NCBI GenBank assembly: GCA_050613775.1
Contig: JBODTK010000010.1
Coordinates: 1,364,001-1,428,000 of the forward strand
Source of the DNA: Neocallimastix sp. 'constans'
Taxonomy: Eukaryota
Length of the DNA stretch: 64,000 nt
Reading direction: 5' to 3'
Shown piece by piece: positions 26,501 through 37,524 of this stretch (the first letter of the stretch is position 1; each line of letters opens with the position of its first letter). Under the pieces are notes generated by a model. The model was not told the origin of the DNA. It saw only the letters and a program-made list of their open reading frames with translations, and did no database searches. The translations under genes and the position numbers were made by a program.

Positions 26501-28188
26501 GAATCAACACCAATTAAGATATCGAAAATATCATCCTTTTCTATTACTCTGAAATATTCATTAAAAGTTTTACTACCAATAGAAATCTGTAAGTCATAGA
26601 TATCACTCTCTGTTGAAGAATTAGAGTACGCTTGAAATATTGTTTCAGAAATTCTACCAATAGAAGGTTTGTTGATTTTTAATTTATTTAAAGCAGAACG
26701 TGTGATAAAGTTGACACTAGCACATGTATCTAAAAATATTTCACAGTCATTATTTTCTACTTTACCGCAAACTTTAATTATTTTATGTTTTGTGATAACC
26801 GGTATCACATTTGTTATTGTTTGTTTAGGCGCTAATTTTAAAGCTTTTAAAAATTCTGTACGAAATTTTGGAAAAAGATCTAAAAGGTAAACTAATTTTG
26901 TTATTACATCAGTTGATGCAATTTCTTTTATTAAATCTTGAATATAATAATCACCAAATTTTTCCATAAGTTTGATGTGTTTTTCAGGTTTCTTAAAAGA
27001 AGTTTCACTTTGCTCAATGTCGGTATTTATTTTCTTAGCTTTATTTTTTATATCTTTAATTTTTTCTTCCCTATTTTTACCTTTAACATTTCGAATATTT
27101 TTCTCTGTTATAAAGGAAGGATCAAGATATTCTAGTTTTTCTGTTTTACGATTTTCACTATTAGAGGCCATATCCGGGTTTTCCTTAATTATATTATTAA
27201 AATTCTTAGATCTACCAGGTAAAATATTATTATAATTTTTAGAGTTATAATTTTCTTTATCAGCATCATTATCTTCATCATCTTCAGATTCTTCTATCAT
27301 AATTACATCTTCATTAGGTTCTATATCTTCTCGTTCAACCCTTTGGGTATTGCTTGTATTGTTATGAGTATTATCATCATTATTGGTGACAGTATTTTCT
27401 TTAAAATAGTCGTAAGTATTATTTTCCTTATTTTCATTAAAATCATTATTACTATTATAATTATCTATAGTATTATTATTTTTATTATCATTATTCGCAT
27501 TATCGTTATAATTGTCTATATTATGATTAATTTTATTATTATTATTCTTATTATTGTTTTCATATTCATTATTCTTATTATTCTTATGATTATTAATATT
27601 ATTATAATTATTATTAGCATTTGTATTACTATAATCGATATTATTTTTATTATTAATATTATTATTATAATTATTATTAATACTATTATTAGTACTAATT
27701 TTATTATCACTAGTATTATTATTAATATTATTATGACTCATAGCTGCCGTTTGCATTGGTTTTGGATTGTCCTTTAAATTAAATCTCACTTCCTTTCTAT
27801 TGTATGGCTTTTCATTATGTTTGTTTAATTTATTTCTTGAATTTCGAGTAGCGGCTGCTATAATTTCAATTGGTCTATTTAATGTATTTTGTGTAGTGTT
27901 ACTATTATTGTTTATATTAAGGTCATAACATTTTTGTTTTTCTTTAATATTATTATTAATTATAGGTAATATTGTTTGATCGTCTACCATTGTCATTATA
28001 TTATTATTATTATTATTATTATTATATGAGTCGTTATTTTTGAACATTATTTTATTATTATTATTATTATATGAGTCATTATTTTTGAACATTGTTTTAT
28101 TATTATTATTATATGAGTCATTATTTTTGAATATTATTTTATTGGTTTGGTTAATGGAAGTTGTCCTTCTCCCATCTATTGGTTTAAA
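23593..28188 (-). CDS. pol: A1 Pol (Asn-rich leader, PR, RT, RNase H, IN), reached by -1 frameshift
   Basis: FLDTCAS, YIDD, TDHKPL, HHCC, TDNGPQF. The frame is open back to the slippery site at 28182-28188. Confidence 0.93.
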   Translation of the reverse strand, partial: FKPIDGRRTTSINQTNKIIFKNNDSYNNNNKTMFKNNDSYNNNNNKIMFKNNDSYNNNNNNNNIMTMVDDQTILPIINNNIKEKQKCYDLNINNNSNTTQNTLNRPIEIIAAATRNSRNKLNKHNEKPYNRKEVRFNLKDNPKPMQTAAMSHNNINNNTSDNKISTNNSINNNYNNNINNKNNIDYSNTNANNNYNNINNHKNNKNNEYENNNKNNNNKINHNIDNYNDNANNDNKNNNTIDNYNSNNDFNENKENNTYDYFKENTVTNNDDNTHNNTSNTQRVEREDIEPNEDVIMIEESEDDEDNDADKENYNSKNYNNILPGRSKNFNNIIKENPDMASNSENRKTEKLEYLDPSFITEKNIRNVKGKNREEKIKDIKNKAKKINTDIEQSETSFKKPEKHIKLMEKFGDYYIQDLIKEIASTDVITKLVYLLDLFPKFRTEFLKALKLAPKQTITNVIPVITKHKIIKVCGKVENNDCEIFLDTCASVNFITRSALNKLKINKPSIGRISETIFQAYSNSSTESDIYDLQISIGSKTFNEYFRVIEKDDIFDILIGVDSLKNNRFDIKLVDDTLYYIDENNNYIKLADLFYDINLNNTYEDDEDIEKHQNTKFEPFLLTITVTNDKEITNNNELPNTKEHLINEIISSVPNKFKNKISKLFFKFKNVVAIKTDDLGRSKLLPHRIELIPKSSPIKLKAYRLSKAQTKALKEILIKLIENKLIEPSYSSWAFPVVLVPKKNGDWRMCVDFRALNNITIKDSYALPLIDDILMFIGKNAKILSTIDLFSGYHQVPMNPDDKDKTTFTTMFGNYKFCVMPFGLCNAPATFQREMNRIFFDLIGVCLFVYIDDLVIFSDSIESHITHLTKVFQILADNGLKINLEKCSFFKEEVVLLGHVLSTKGIAPIPDKIKVIINWLSPKNITQLKSFLGAVGYYRKFIKNFAQIANPLFNLLKKDVPYEWSEKCNIAFEKLKMSLTVAPILTPPDYSKPFIIRTDTSRDGLGGVLLQTNENSIEIPIYFESRTLSAAESNYSVTDLEGKAIFHCVKKFKPYFSGSPFTTIVYTDHKPLVSIFANREPSNNRHLKWVTELSILNVQVQFQEGKKNVIADALSRLPTKEIYENKEILNALVNNDVLSNNSNDSINKFMNEFINKRIINIDGVEYLKQGEQLRRIVHNKEEKQKLIEEAHGLGHEGAYKTYSRLKRDYYWGNMKKDIQILIKCCHKCQTCRPQKLNKYTENIATVPEYPFSRVGLDLIGPLPITNKGNRYIIVLVDYLTKWVEAEPLQSAESQDVINFLKKIFARHGVPEILVTDNGPQFTSDKTKAFLDLNDIYVNYVATYHPSSNREVENRNREIGKYLRLLGEEDSQWDETLYSALWALRTCKNEVTKHSSFELLYGRRDLQPFELTVNVESKNDWEDEEEFWLRKFINHDRWIREAIKNIETANKLWEDRRKQIKRMRAKYKPGDLVLVKLFNRKKLDPFSTGPLKIVKQEFNTVTVCDPVTGEVADRNIHLKNIIPYFTELNLEE

Positions 28189-29492
28189 TGTTTATTGAGC
28201 AATCCTTTTTCTTCCAATTCAGCCAATTGCTTAAATGTATAAGGACATTCTGAAGCTCTATGTCCATTCATTGTGCAACGGTAACAATTCACATGGTTGT
28301 TATTATTGTTGTTAATTGAGTTTTTATTAGTTACTAATGTATTACTGACATTATTATTTTCTATCCCATTGTTGTGATTATTTCCATTTTGATAATTAAA
28401 GGATTGAATCATATTATTTGTATTAAATTTATTATTGTTAAACATTTGGTTGTCATGTTCTTTATCATTATTTGTTATATTAATATTGTTGTTCAAATTG
28501 TTTAAATAATGATTCATCTTATTGTCTCTTATTTCATGGGATGGCTGATTATTATTCATATTGTTCATATTATATTTGTTATTATTATTCATATATTGAT
28601 TAATATTATTACTGTGCCAAAATTTATTATAATTAAATCTACTATTATAACGATTTGTAAAATTTCCATTGTTCATTTTATTAATATCATTTTTATTATT
28701 CAAGTAATAATTTGGATTATTATATGGATTACTCATGTGATATACATAATTTGAATTTCTGAAATTATTATTATTGTTCCATAATCTAGATTTAGAATTC
28801 CAATTATTTCTTTCCTGGAATATATTATTATTATGGTTCATAGGTAATTGATTTAACTGTAAGTTTTCGTAGAATGGATGTCGCATTAGTAAGCTATTAT
28901 CCGGCTGATTCTGAGTAAACATAATATGATTCCTCATATTATTAATTTCATTTCTTTGATTTATATTTGCTATTTCTTTTTCAGTCTCCTCAGCTACTTC
29001 TGCAATTTTGCACGCCTCATTTATTGTATCACATTCTGCAACCATAACTCTTGAGCATGGAAATACACGGGAGCTAATAGCATTCGTGTAGTCCTTTACA
29101 GATATAAGTCTTCTATATTCTAAACTGAGTTTATTATATAATTTTTTATATCTGTAATTAAACTTTTTAATTGATTCTTCTTGATTTATTTGTATTGTTT
29201 TGAGAACTGCACATTTATCATTTTCTGTAATGTGCAAATGTTCTTCAATTGTATTTTGAATTTCTTTAAATGTGGGATATCTCATTTCATCCCCTCGTCT
29301 GACTACCAATGATTGTAACGCTCCTTGAATATCTTCTTCCACAGCTTCCTTTACCCAAATAAAAATTCGCCTTGGTTCCATTATACCATAAAGCTCCATT
29401 ATCTTAACAAAGTCGGTCATCCAGCTGTCTACATCTTTTCCATAATCAGCCAGATGTGGTAGCTTCCTTTGCAGTTTAGTAGCGTCAAACAT
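28176..29492 (-). CDS. gag: A1 Gag with CCHC knuckle
   Basis: CYRCTMNGHRASEC. Confidence 0.92.
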   Translation of the reverse strand: MFDATKLQRKLPHLADYGKDVDSWMTDFVKIMELYGIMEPRRIFIWVKEAVEEDIQGALQSLVVRRGDEMRYPTFKEIQNTIEEHLHITENDKCAVLKTIQINQEESIKKFNYRYKKLYNKLSLEYRRLISVKDYTNAISSRVFPCSRVMVAECDTINEACKIAEVAEETEKEIANINQRNEINNMRNHIMFTQNQPDNSLLMRHPFYENLQLNQLPMNHNNNIFQERNNWNSKSRLWNNNNNFRNSNYVYHMSNPYNNPNYYLNNKNDINKMNNGNFTNRYNSRFNYNKFWHSNNINQYMNNNNKYNMNNMNNNQPSHEIRDNKMNHYLNNLNNNINITNNDKEHDNQMFNNNKFNTNNMIQSFNYQNGNNHNNGIENNNVSNTLVTNKNSINNNNNNHVNCYRCTMNGHRASECPYTFKQLAELEEKGLLNKHLNQ

Positions 29493-29634
29493 TGTAAAAA
29501 AAATAATTACTTGATAAAAAAAAGAAAAATAAATGAAAGATTATATATAAAAAAAAAGTATTCTATTATGATAATTATATTGTAATTATAATTTTCTTAT
29601 TATTTTCATATTAATTTATTTGATCTTGCTTTCC

Positions 29635-29651
29635 CCCCACGTTGGGCGCCA
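29635..29651 (-). promoter_or_regulatory. PBS, tRNA-Lys(CTT)-like
   Basis: TGGCGCCCAACGTGGGG, 5 nt inside the LTR; matches the classical tRNA-Lys1,2 PBS. Confidence 0.85.
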
Positions 29652-30206
29652 AATTTTGATACGTTATTTTTATAAGTATCAATGTTTTTGTGGTTAGCAA
29701 GATTGTATTAAATAAAAATATATTCTAATATAAAAATATATAATTACAATACACGTTAATATTAAAACAAAATATAAAAAAAAATTATAGTTTTGTCGTT
29801 TTATTTATTTATTTAAATTATTTATGTCGTAATACAAATTTTATAATAAAATGTTATTAAAGATCTTATTAATTATTTATTTCTAACTAACTTATTACTA
29901 TTAAAATTTTTTGATAAATAAATATATTCCCCAAATAAATTTATTTTAACCAATTTATCTCTATTTTTTCCCAAATAAAAAAACCTCCTTTTCTTTAAAG
30001 AATTATAATAATTTTTCTTTTATATTTCTAATTTCTAATTTACTATAAATTAAATCCTATTGGCTATTAACTAATTAAATAAATTTAATAATTTTTATAT
30101 TACTATTTATTATTATAATATACATTTATAATTTAACTAATTATTTATTATATTTAATTTTATTTCTTGATAATATTCTCTTTTTATTTAAATACTGCAT
30201 CAGATT

Positions 30207-30556
30207 TGATACGATATTTTTTTTATGTATCTAAATTAATATTTATTTATGGGCAATGACAATAAGGAATTATGACAAAATAATATATTCTAATATTAAA
30301 TAGAAATAACACATACAATAATACAAAATAAAGTAATAAATATATCTTTTTAATGTACTCTTTATTTATTATTAATTATTAATTATTACATCAATTATTA
30401 TTATTACTCTCTTATATAAATATTATAATTAATTATCTCAAATATATATAATATCTCTTTTTAAATATACTAAAATAAAATATAAAAATAGCTATTTATG
30501 TGAATTAATTTATCATAAGTATATACTTATAAATAAAAGAATTCACATAAATAAAA
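30207..30556. mobile_element. Truncated family-A-like LTR
   Basis: Starts TGATACGATATTTT; similar to 5986-6150. Confidence 0.65.
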
Positions 30557-31323
30557 TGGTTGATACAATTAATTTAAAAAGTATCATAAAATATGGGAAA
30601 AGCAAGAGGGAATTAATCAAGAAATATCGTATTTATGAAATAGTATAATAATTATTATATATTTATATAATACACTCAAATTATTATTTTAGAATATAAT
30701 GTTCATTTTATTATGTTTATTTATTAAAATTATTCACTTTATTATATTTATTTATTAAAATAATTATTCACTATTATTCATTCTCAATTAATACATTTCA
30801 ATAAAAATAAAAACACAACATTTTTTTTTTAATTAAAACTTCCTAATTTTTATCTTATTATTCTCTATATTATTATTATTCAAAATTTGTACTTTTACAT
30901 AATTAATTATATTATATATATTTTTATAATAAACTTATATTAATAATAAAATAATAAAATAATTTTATAATATTATATCTTATTAAATATTAATTTTAAC
31001 TTATTTAGAAAATATTAATAATAAAATTATTTACAATAATATTTAAAATAATAATTATATCACTTTACATTCTTATTAAATATCTCGTATCAGAACGCCC
31101 CTTCTTTAGACATGACTTCGTCCCTTGAAGTCAAAATGGAACAAAGTTAATATATATATTATTAAATATTTATAATAAAATTTTTTTTATAAATTTTTTT
31201 TTTTTTTTTTTTATAAATTTTTTTATAATATTTTTTTTTTTTTTTTTTTTTTAAAAAATTTTTTATAATATTTTTTTTTTTTTTTTTAAAAAAAATATAT
31301 ATATATTTTTTATAATATTACTC

Positions 31324-31355
<32 letters not shown>

Positions 31356-31403
31356 TAAAATTTTTTTTTTTTTTTTTTTTTTTAAAAAATTAATTTTGTT
31401 TCT

Positions 31404-34400
31404 TTAATCTTTAAATTCAATAAAGTTAGTAATATAAGGAATAACATTTTTTAAATGAATGTTTCTTTCTGCTATTTCGTTAGTTATTGGATCACAAACA
31501 GTGACTGTGTTAAATTGTTGTTTCACAATTTTTAAAGGTCCTAAAAAGTATGGATCCAATTTTCTTCTATTAAAATTTCTGATTAATACTAAATCTCCAG
31601 GTCTAAAAGAACTTCGGAGTCGTTTTATTTGTTTCCTTCTATCACTCCACAATTTATTTGCTGTTTCTATATTTTCTATTGCTTCCTTTATCCATTGATT
31701 ATGATTTATGAATTTCCTGATATAATATTCTTCTTCAGTTTCCTCAGGAAGTCTTTCATCCATATTAATAGTAAGTCCAAATGGTTGTAAGTCTCTTCTA
31801 CCGTATAGTAATTCGAAACTACTATACTTAGTCACATCATTTCTACACGTCCTAAGTGCCCATAATGCACTTGGTAGAAGATCATCCCATTCCTTGTCAT
31901 TACTTCCTAGAATCCTTAAGTATTTAGAGATTTCCCGGTTACGATTTTCTACCTCACCATTTGACGCAGGATGATATGTACTAATATAATGTACATAAAC
32001 ATCATTCAAATCTAAAAAAGCCTTGGTTTTATCCGCTACAAATTGTGGTCCATTATCTGTTATTAATAATTCAGGAATTCCATGTCTTGCAAAAACATTA
32101 GTGAGAAATCTTATAACATCTTCTGATTCTGTTTTTTTTTAATGGCTCCGCTTCTACCCATTTGGTTAGGTAATCTACTAAAACTATTATATATCGGTTT
32201 CCACGCTTTGTTCTGTATAATGGTCCAATTAAATCTAATCCAACTCTAGAAAATGATAGACCAGGTGGAGTAGCCAAATCTTCAGGATAGCTATTCGTTA
32301 GCTGAGGTTTGCAAGTTTGGCAATTATGACAACATTTAATAAATAATTTGATATCTTTGATCATACCCTTCCAGTAAAAATCTCTTCTCAGCCTATGATA
32401 GGTTTTATAAATGCCCTCATGTCCTATAGTATGAGCTGCATTTATTAATTTCCATTTTTCTTCTTGATTGTTGATAACTTTCCTTAATATATTATTTTGT
32501 TTATAATATAGTATATTATCTATTTTAACAAATTTTTGATTAATATAATTTTCTAAAAAATTATTTAAACAATTTCCACTATCCACAACATTATTGTTAT
32601 TATTGTCATCAACTTTATTATTGTTATTATTAATATTATTATTACTATTATAAGGATCATTAATATTAATAAATATATTATTAATTTCTTCTTTTTTATC
32701 TTTATTATTATTTTCTAAAATTTTATATTCTTCAATTTTTTCATTTAGTATTCTTGTATTATTAACGCTATTAATAATATTATTATTTTTATCTTCATTA
32801 TTTAGATTTTTATTGACATCCTTATTTTCATTATTTAAATTTTTATTTTTATTTTTATTTTCATTATCCTCAATATTAATTTTATTTTTGACTTTATTGT
32901 TATTTTCCTTAATAGTAAATTTATTTTTATTATTTTTGAAAGTGAATTTATTAATGTTTTCATTAATAATATTTTTATTATTATTTTCATTTGTAATATT
33001 TGTAATTTTGCTTTTATCTTTAATATTATCTCCATTATATTAACATTTCCTTTAAATCATTTTTATATTTTCCAACGTTATTAGTTTCTTTGTTTTGGTT
33101 ATTAAATAACCCCTCCCCCTCCTTAAAATTGTTATTAATATTTAAAGAATTTTTATTGTCATTGATATTAATTTTATAATCTTTTTTAACAGACATTCTA
33201 GATAAAGCATCAGCAACTACGTTTTTCTTACCTTCTTCATATTTAACATTAATTTTTAAAGTACTAAATTCTGTTATCCATCTTACATGGCGACTGGAAG
33301 TAGGTTCCTTATTATTAAAAATATAAACTAATGGTTTGTGGTCAGTAAAAAGAATAGTTTTAAAACTATTGCCTGTAAGAAAAGGTTTAAATTTTTTTAC
33401 ACAATAGAAAGCAGCTAGACCTTCAAGTTCTGTTATACTATAGTTGTTTTCAGCGTTAGATAGAGTTCTACTTTCATAATATAAGGGTTTTTCAATGTTA
33501 TTATCATCAAGTTGTAAAAGTACTCCTCCAATACCCGCTTTTGATGCATCAGTACGAATTATAAATGGCTTATTAAAATTAGGAGGTGATAAAATTGGAG
33601 CTTTAACTAGTTGAGTTTTTAAATATTCAAAGGCTATATTACATTTAGTAGACCAAATAAAAGGAGTATCTTTCTTAGTTAGTTCATATAAGGGTTTAGC
33701 AATTTGAGCAAAATTACTAATAAATTTCCGGTAGTACCCAATTGCTCCAAGGAATGAACGTAATTGTTTAATATTAGTAGGAGGTAACCAATTAGTAATT
33801 ATTTCAATTTTAGAAATCATAGGTTTAATACCTTTAGTTGATAGTGTGTGACCTAATAAATCGACTTCTTGAAAGAAGAGGCATTTTTCGAAATTGACTT
33901 TGAGTCCATTATTATTAAGAATTTGGAATACTTTTTCAATGTCTTTTACGTGTTGTTCCAACGAACTAGAATAAATAACTAAATCATCAATATAGATAAA
34001 AACACATACACCAATTAGATCAAAGAAAATTCTATTCATCTCCCTTTGGAAGGTTGCGGGAGCATTACAAAGACCAAACGGCATGATTTCAAAATTAAAA
34101 TTGCCATACAAAGTAGTAAAATAAGTAATATCTTTATCATCAGGATGCATCGGAATTTGATGATATCCTGAAAATAAGTCAATCGTAGATAATATTGTGG
34201 TATCACCACTGATATAATAAAGTATGTCATCAATAAGAGGAAGAGCATATGCATCCTTTAAAGTACAGTTATTAATCTTCCTATAATCAACACACATTCT
34301 AACTTGTCCATTTTTCTTCGGAACAAGTACAACAGGGGAAGACCACGGAGAACTAGAAGGTACTATTAATTTATTATTAATTAATTTAATTAATTCTCTT

Positions 34401-35040
34401 TTTAATGCGTCAGCTTGTACTTTTGAAACACGATATACGCGTTGTTTTATGGGTTCTGTTCCAGGAATTAAATTTATTCTGTGAGGATATAATTTTGAGG
34501 ATCCCAAATCATCAGTTTTTAACGCTAGTACACTAATGTATTCTAAAAATAAATTTTCAACACTTGATTTTAGATGTTCTGGTAGTTTATTAATAATAGA
34601 ATAAATCATCTCAAATTTTGTCTTAGTATCGTTAATGGGTACGTTATCTTTATTGTCTATTACTTCATTTGTTATGACTAAAAGTGCTGGTATTAAATAA
34701 GTATTAATATTGTGTAATTTATTTTTATATTCTTTATCATTTATTTTAGCTTTAAGTAATTTAGAAGGTTCATTTATTTCATCATTAAAATTTCTTTCTG
34801 AAACATTTTTAAGTGAATTATGAGAATTTAATTTTGACATATCATTATTAATATTTTCAGTATTTATTTTAGAATTATTTATTTTTTTATAAATGATTTC
34901 GTTATTTTTATTTTCAATCTTATTTATTTGTTCAGTAATTATTTTAGGATTATTTATTTTATTATTAGAGATATCATTATTATTTTTTTCAATATTATTT
35001 AAATTTGAATTAATATTATTATCAATTATAACATCAAGAA
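31404..35040 (-). pseudogene. pol: A2 pol 3' part (RT, RNase H, IN) with frameshifts near 33035 and 32140
   Basis: YIDD, TDAS, TDHKPL, HEG..CHNC, NGEVENRN split across ORFs. Confidence 0.92.
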
Positions 35041-35775
35041 TGTTAAAAAGTAAACAGGTTGAATTTAACGAGGAATCAGGTTGATATATCTATATAATAT
35101 AACTATATAGATATAAGTAAATTACTAAAATAAAAGAGTTATAAAGTTAAATTTGTTAATTTAACACTTAATTAAAACTAATAATTGGTTTGATATGATA
35201 AAAATTTTTATTTATTAATAAAAATATATAGTTATATTATAATAGGTTAACTATAACCTTACAAAGGACAAAAAGATAAATTTGAATTTTCTTTTTATAC
35301 TTTGTAGGTTTGAGAATATTGATAATAATAATATAAAGTTGATAATAATAATATTTAGTATAAGAATATGTTTAATATAAATAAATTATATTTTTTAATC
35401 TAATATATTAGCTAATATATATAATATAATATTAAATTTAAATATTTAATATAGTAATTAATAATTAATAATTAATTAAATCAATATAACATAAATTAAT
35501 ACATAAACATTAATTTATGAATCAAGGATGACATGACCAAATGATTCATGTTAATAAATATTTTATTTATTAATAATATTTAAGTTTAATATGATATCAT
35601 TAGAATCAGTAGGCCTAAGCTGGTCCTAAGATGATCAAATAACTTATAATATTATAAAATAAATAAAATTTAAAGAATAATTAATGAATTATAAATTTTT
35701 ATTAATTATTTTGTTTTTAATAATTTTAATTGAAATTAATTGAAATTGAAATTTAATTCAGTTGTAATTTCGACA
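35041..35775 (-). mobile_element. Family-B solo LTR
   Basis: 735 bp; TSD AAGAA at 35036-35040 and 35776-35780. Confidence 0.97.
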
Positions 35776-35848
35776 AAGAAAACATGATGGATCATCTTTA
35801 AAATTATTAATATTGTAACGAATCCTAAAGTTAGTAAAATTGTTGTTG

Positions 35849-35903
35849 TAGTCTGGTGGTAATACACCATGACAATGAAGCCGAACTTCTAAGGTTCGAC
35901 TCA
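35849..35903 (+). promoter_or_regulatory. tRNA-like A box (35849-35859) and B box (35893-35903) in the C2 LTR; equivalents at 14115-14061 and 8723-8669 (-) in C1
   Basis: TAGTCTGGTGG..GGTTCGACTC in C2 and TGGTTCAATGG..GGTTCGACACC in C1, both at LTR positions 36 and 80. Confidence 0.7.
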
Positions 35904-36386
35904 CACCCTTTCCCAATCTAAATTATTTTTAGTTAATTAATTAAATTATTGTAGAAAGTTCTAGAGTTTCTTTGGTTAATATTATATAACTAAATGAAAC
36001 TAGAAAGTTCTATTTTAATAATTATTTTATCATTTTTCTATAAGATTCATTTTCTAGAAAGAAAACTTAATTTTTTCGAACTTTCGTTAATCTTAACTTT
36101 TTCCGAAACTGTTTTTCCGAAAAAGTATAAATAAGCGTGAATTTCTCAATAAAAAATAATTTTTCTTTGTGCTTTTATTAACTAGTTAAAAGTAATTCGA
36201 AATATTACAATAACTAATTAATAATAAAAAAATAATAATAAATTTTATATTTTAATAAAAAATATTAATAAAACAAATTTTTTAAGAAAACGAATTACTT
36301 ATTAGTGTAGACCTATTGGGTGTAAATCGTTACAATAAAAGCACCCAAAGAAAAGAAGCCCAGTACCCCTGCACTAAGGACTAGCC

Positions 36387-36568
36387 AAGGGAAATCTACC
36401 AACTCAAGAAATCAAGGAAATCAAGGAAATCAAGGATATCTACCAACTCAAGAAATCAAGGAAATCAAGGAAATCAAGGATATCTACCAACTCAAGAAAT
36501 CAAGGAAATCAAGGAAATTAAGGAAATCTACCAACTCAAGAAATCAAGGAAATCTACCGAATCAAGAA
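36387..36568. repeat. Compound tandem repeat (AAGGAAATC / TACCAACTCAAGAAATC) in the C2 leader
   Basis: Directly visible. Confidence 0.9.
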
Positions 36569-37524
36569 GATTTATTATAAAGCGAATAAAATAAAATAAA
36601 TTAAATTACAGATACTATTCTAAACAACATCTCGCATTAAATAGTACTCTACTCTCCGAATAAATATTTATTTTAATTATAATTAATTTTAAATTTCTTA
36701 CGTTATATATAAAGGCTTGCCTGGCTCCCAAAGCGACGATAGTTGAGCATCGTTACCATAATACTTTGTCGTTCAGATTCTGTTGATAACTGGGGAAGAT
36801 AATTTGTTGTACTTTTTCATGCTAACAAAGGTTAGATACAAACAAAAATACAATTACATTACTTCCTTCTACCATTAATTGGTACTAACAATCGACTTAA
36901 TCTGCGTTTATCGATAAAGAGCTAAAGAGACTTACCACGCAAGGCTTTAACAAATTATATATTTCCTGGCTCAATACTATATGATTTGGTTTATAACAAT
37001 TCAATAAGAAATAAAGATTAATCAAATAAAATAAATATTTAATTACTCCTATATCTTCCAAAATAATTATATATTACTTTATCACTATAAAAAAAAAAAA
37101 AATCTTAATCACGGGATATATCAAAAAAAATCAACTCTGAAAATATCCAATCTCAAATCACTCTCAAAATCAATCTGAAATTTTATATCAACTTAATGCA
37201 ATAAATTTTAAATCTCAATAATCTTTTCTAAATTATTTCCAGCTCTCTATAACTATTAAATTACTATAATAATATATATACAAATCTACTATACCTAATT
37301 TAGTATATTATATAAATTTAAAATTTCAATACCAAACCTTATTTAATTCTAAATAATTCCAGTGGGATCAATTATTACTATTTATATATTCAAATCCTCC
37401 TTAATCAAAATTATATTATAATTCAATTCCTCTCTATTATACTGAAAAAATCGTTCTTAAATATATCTTATTCCAACTTATTCAATAATCAACTATAAAA
37501 ATAACAGTGAAACTTATATTCAAA

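Larger units (their letters stand above)
21713..30202 (-). mobile_element. Family-A element A1, full length; LTRs 21713-22258 and 29657-30202
   Basis: 546-bp TG..CA LTRs, PBS, PPT GCGGGGGCG, open gag and pol. No matching TSD. Confidence 0.95.

Noticed and set aside
35842..35915. Real tRNA gene inside C LTRs
   Set aside because: A/B boxes only; no acceptor or anticodon stems.
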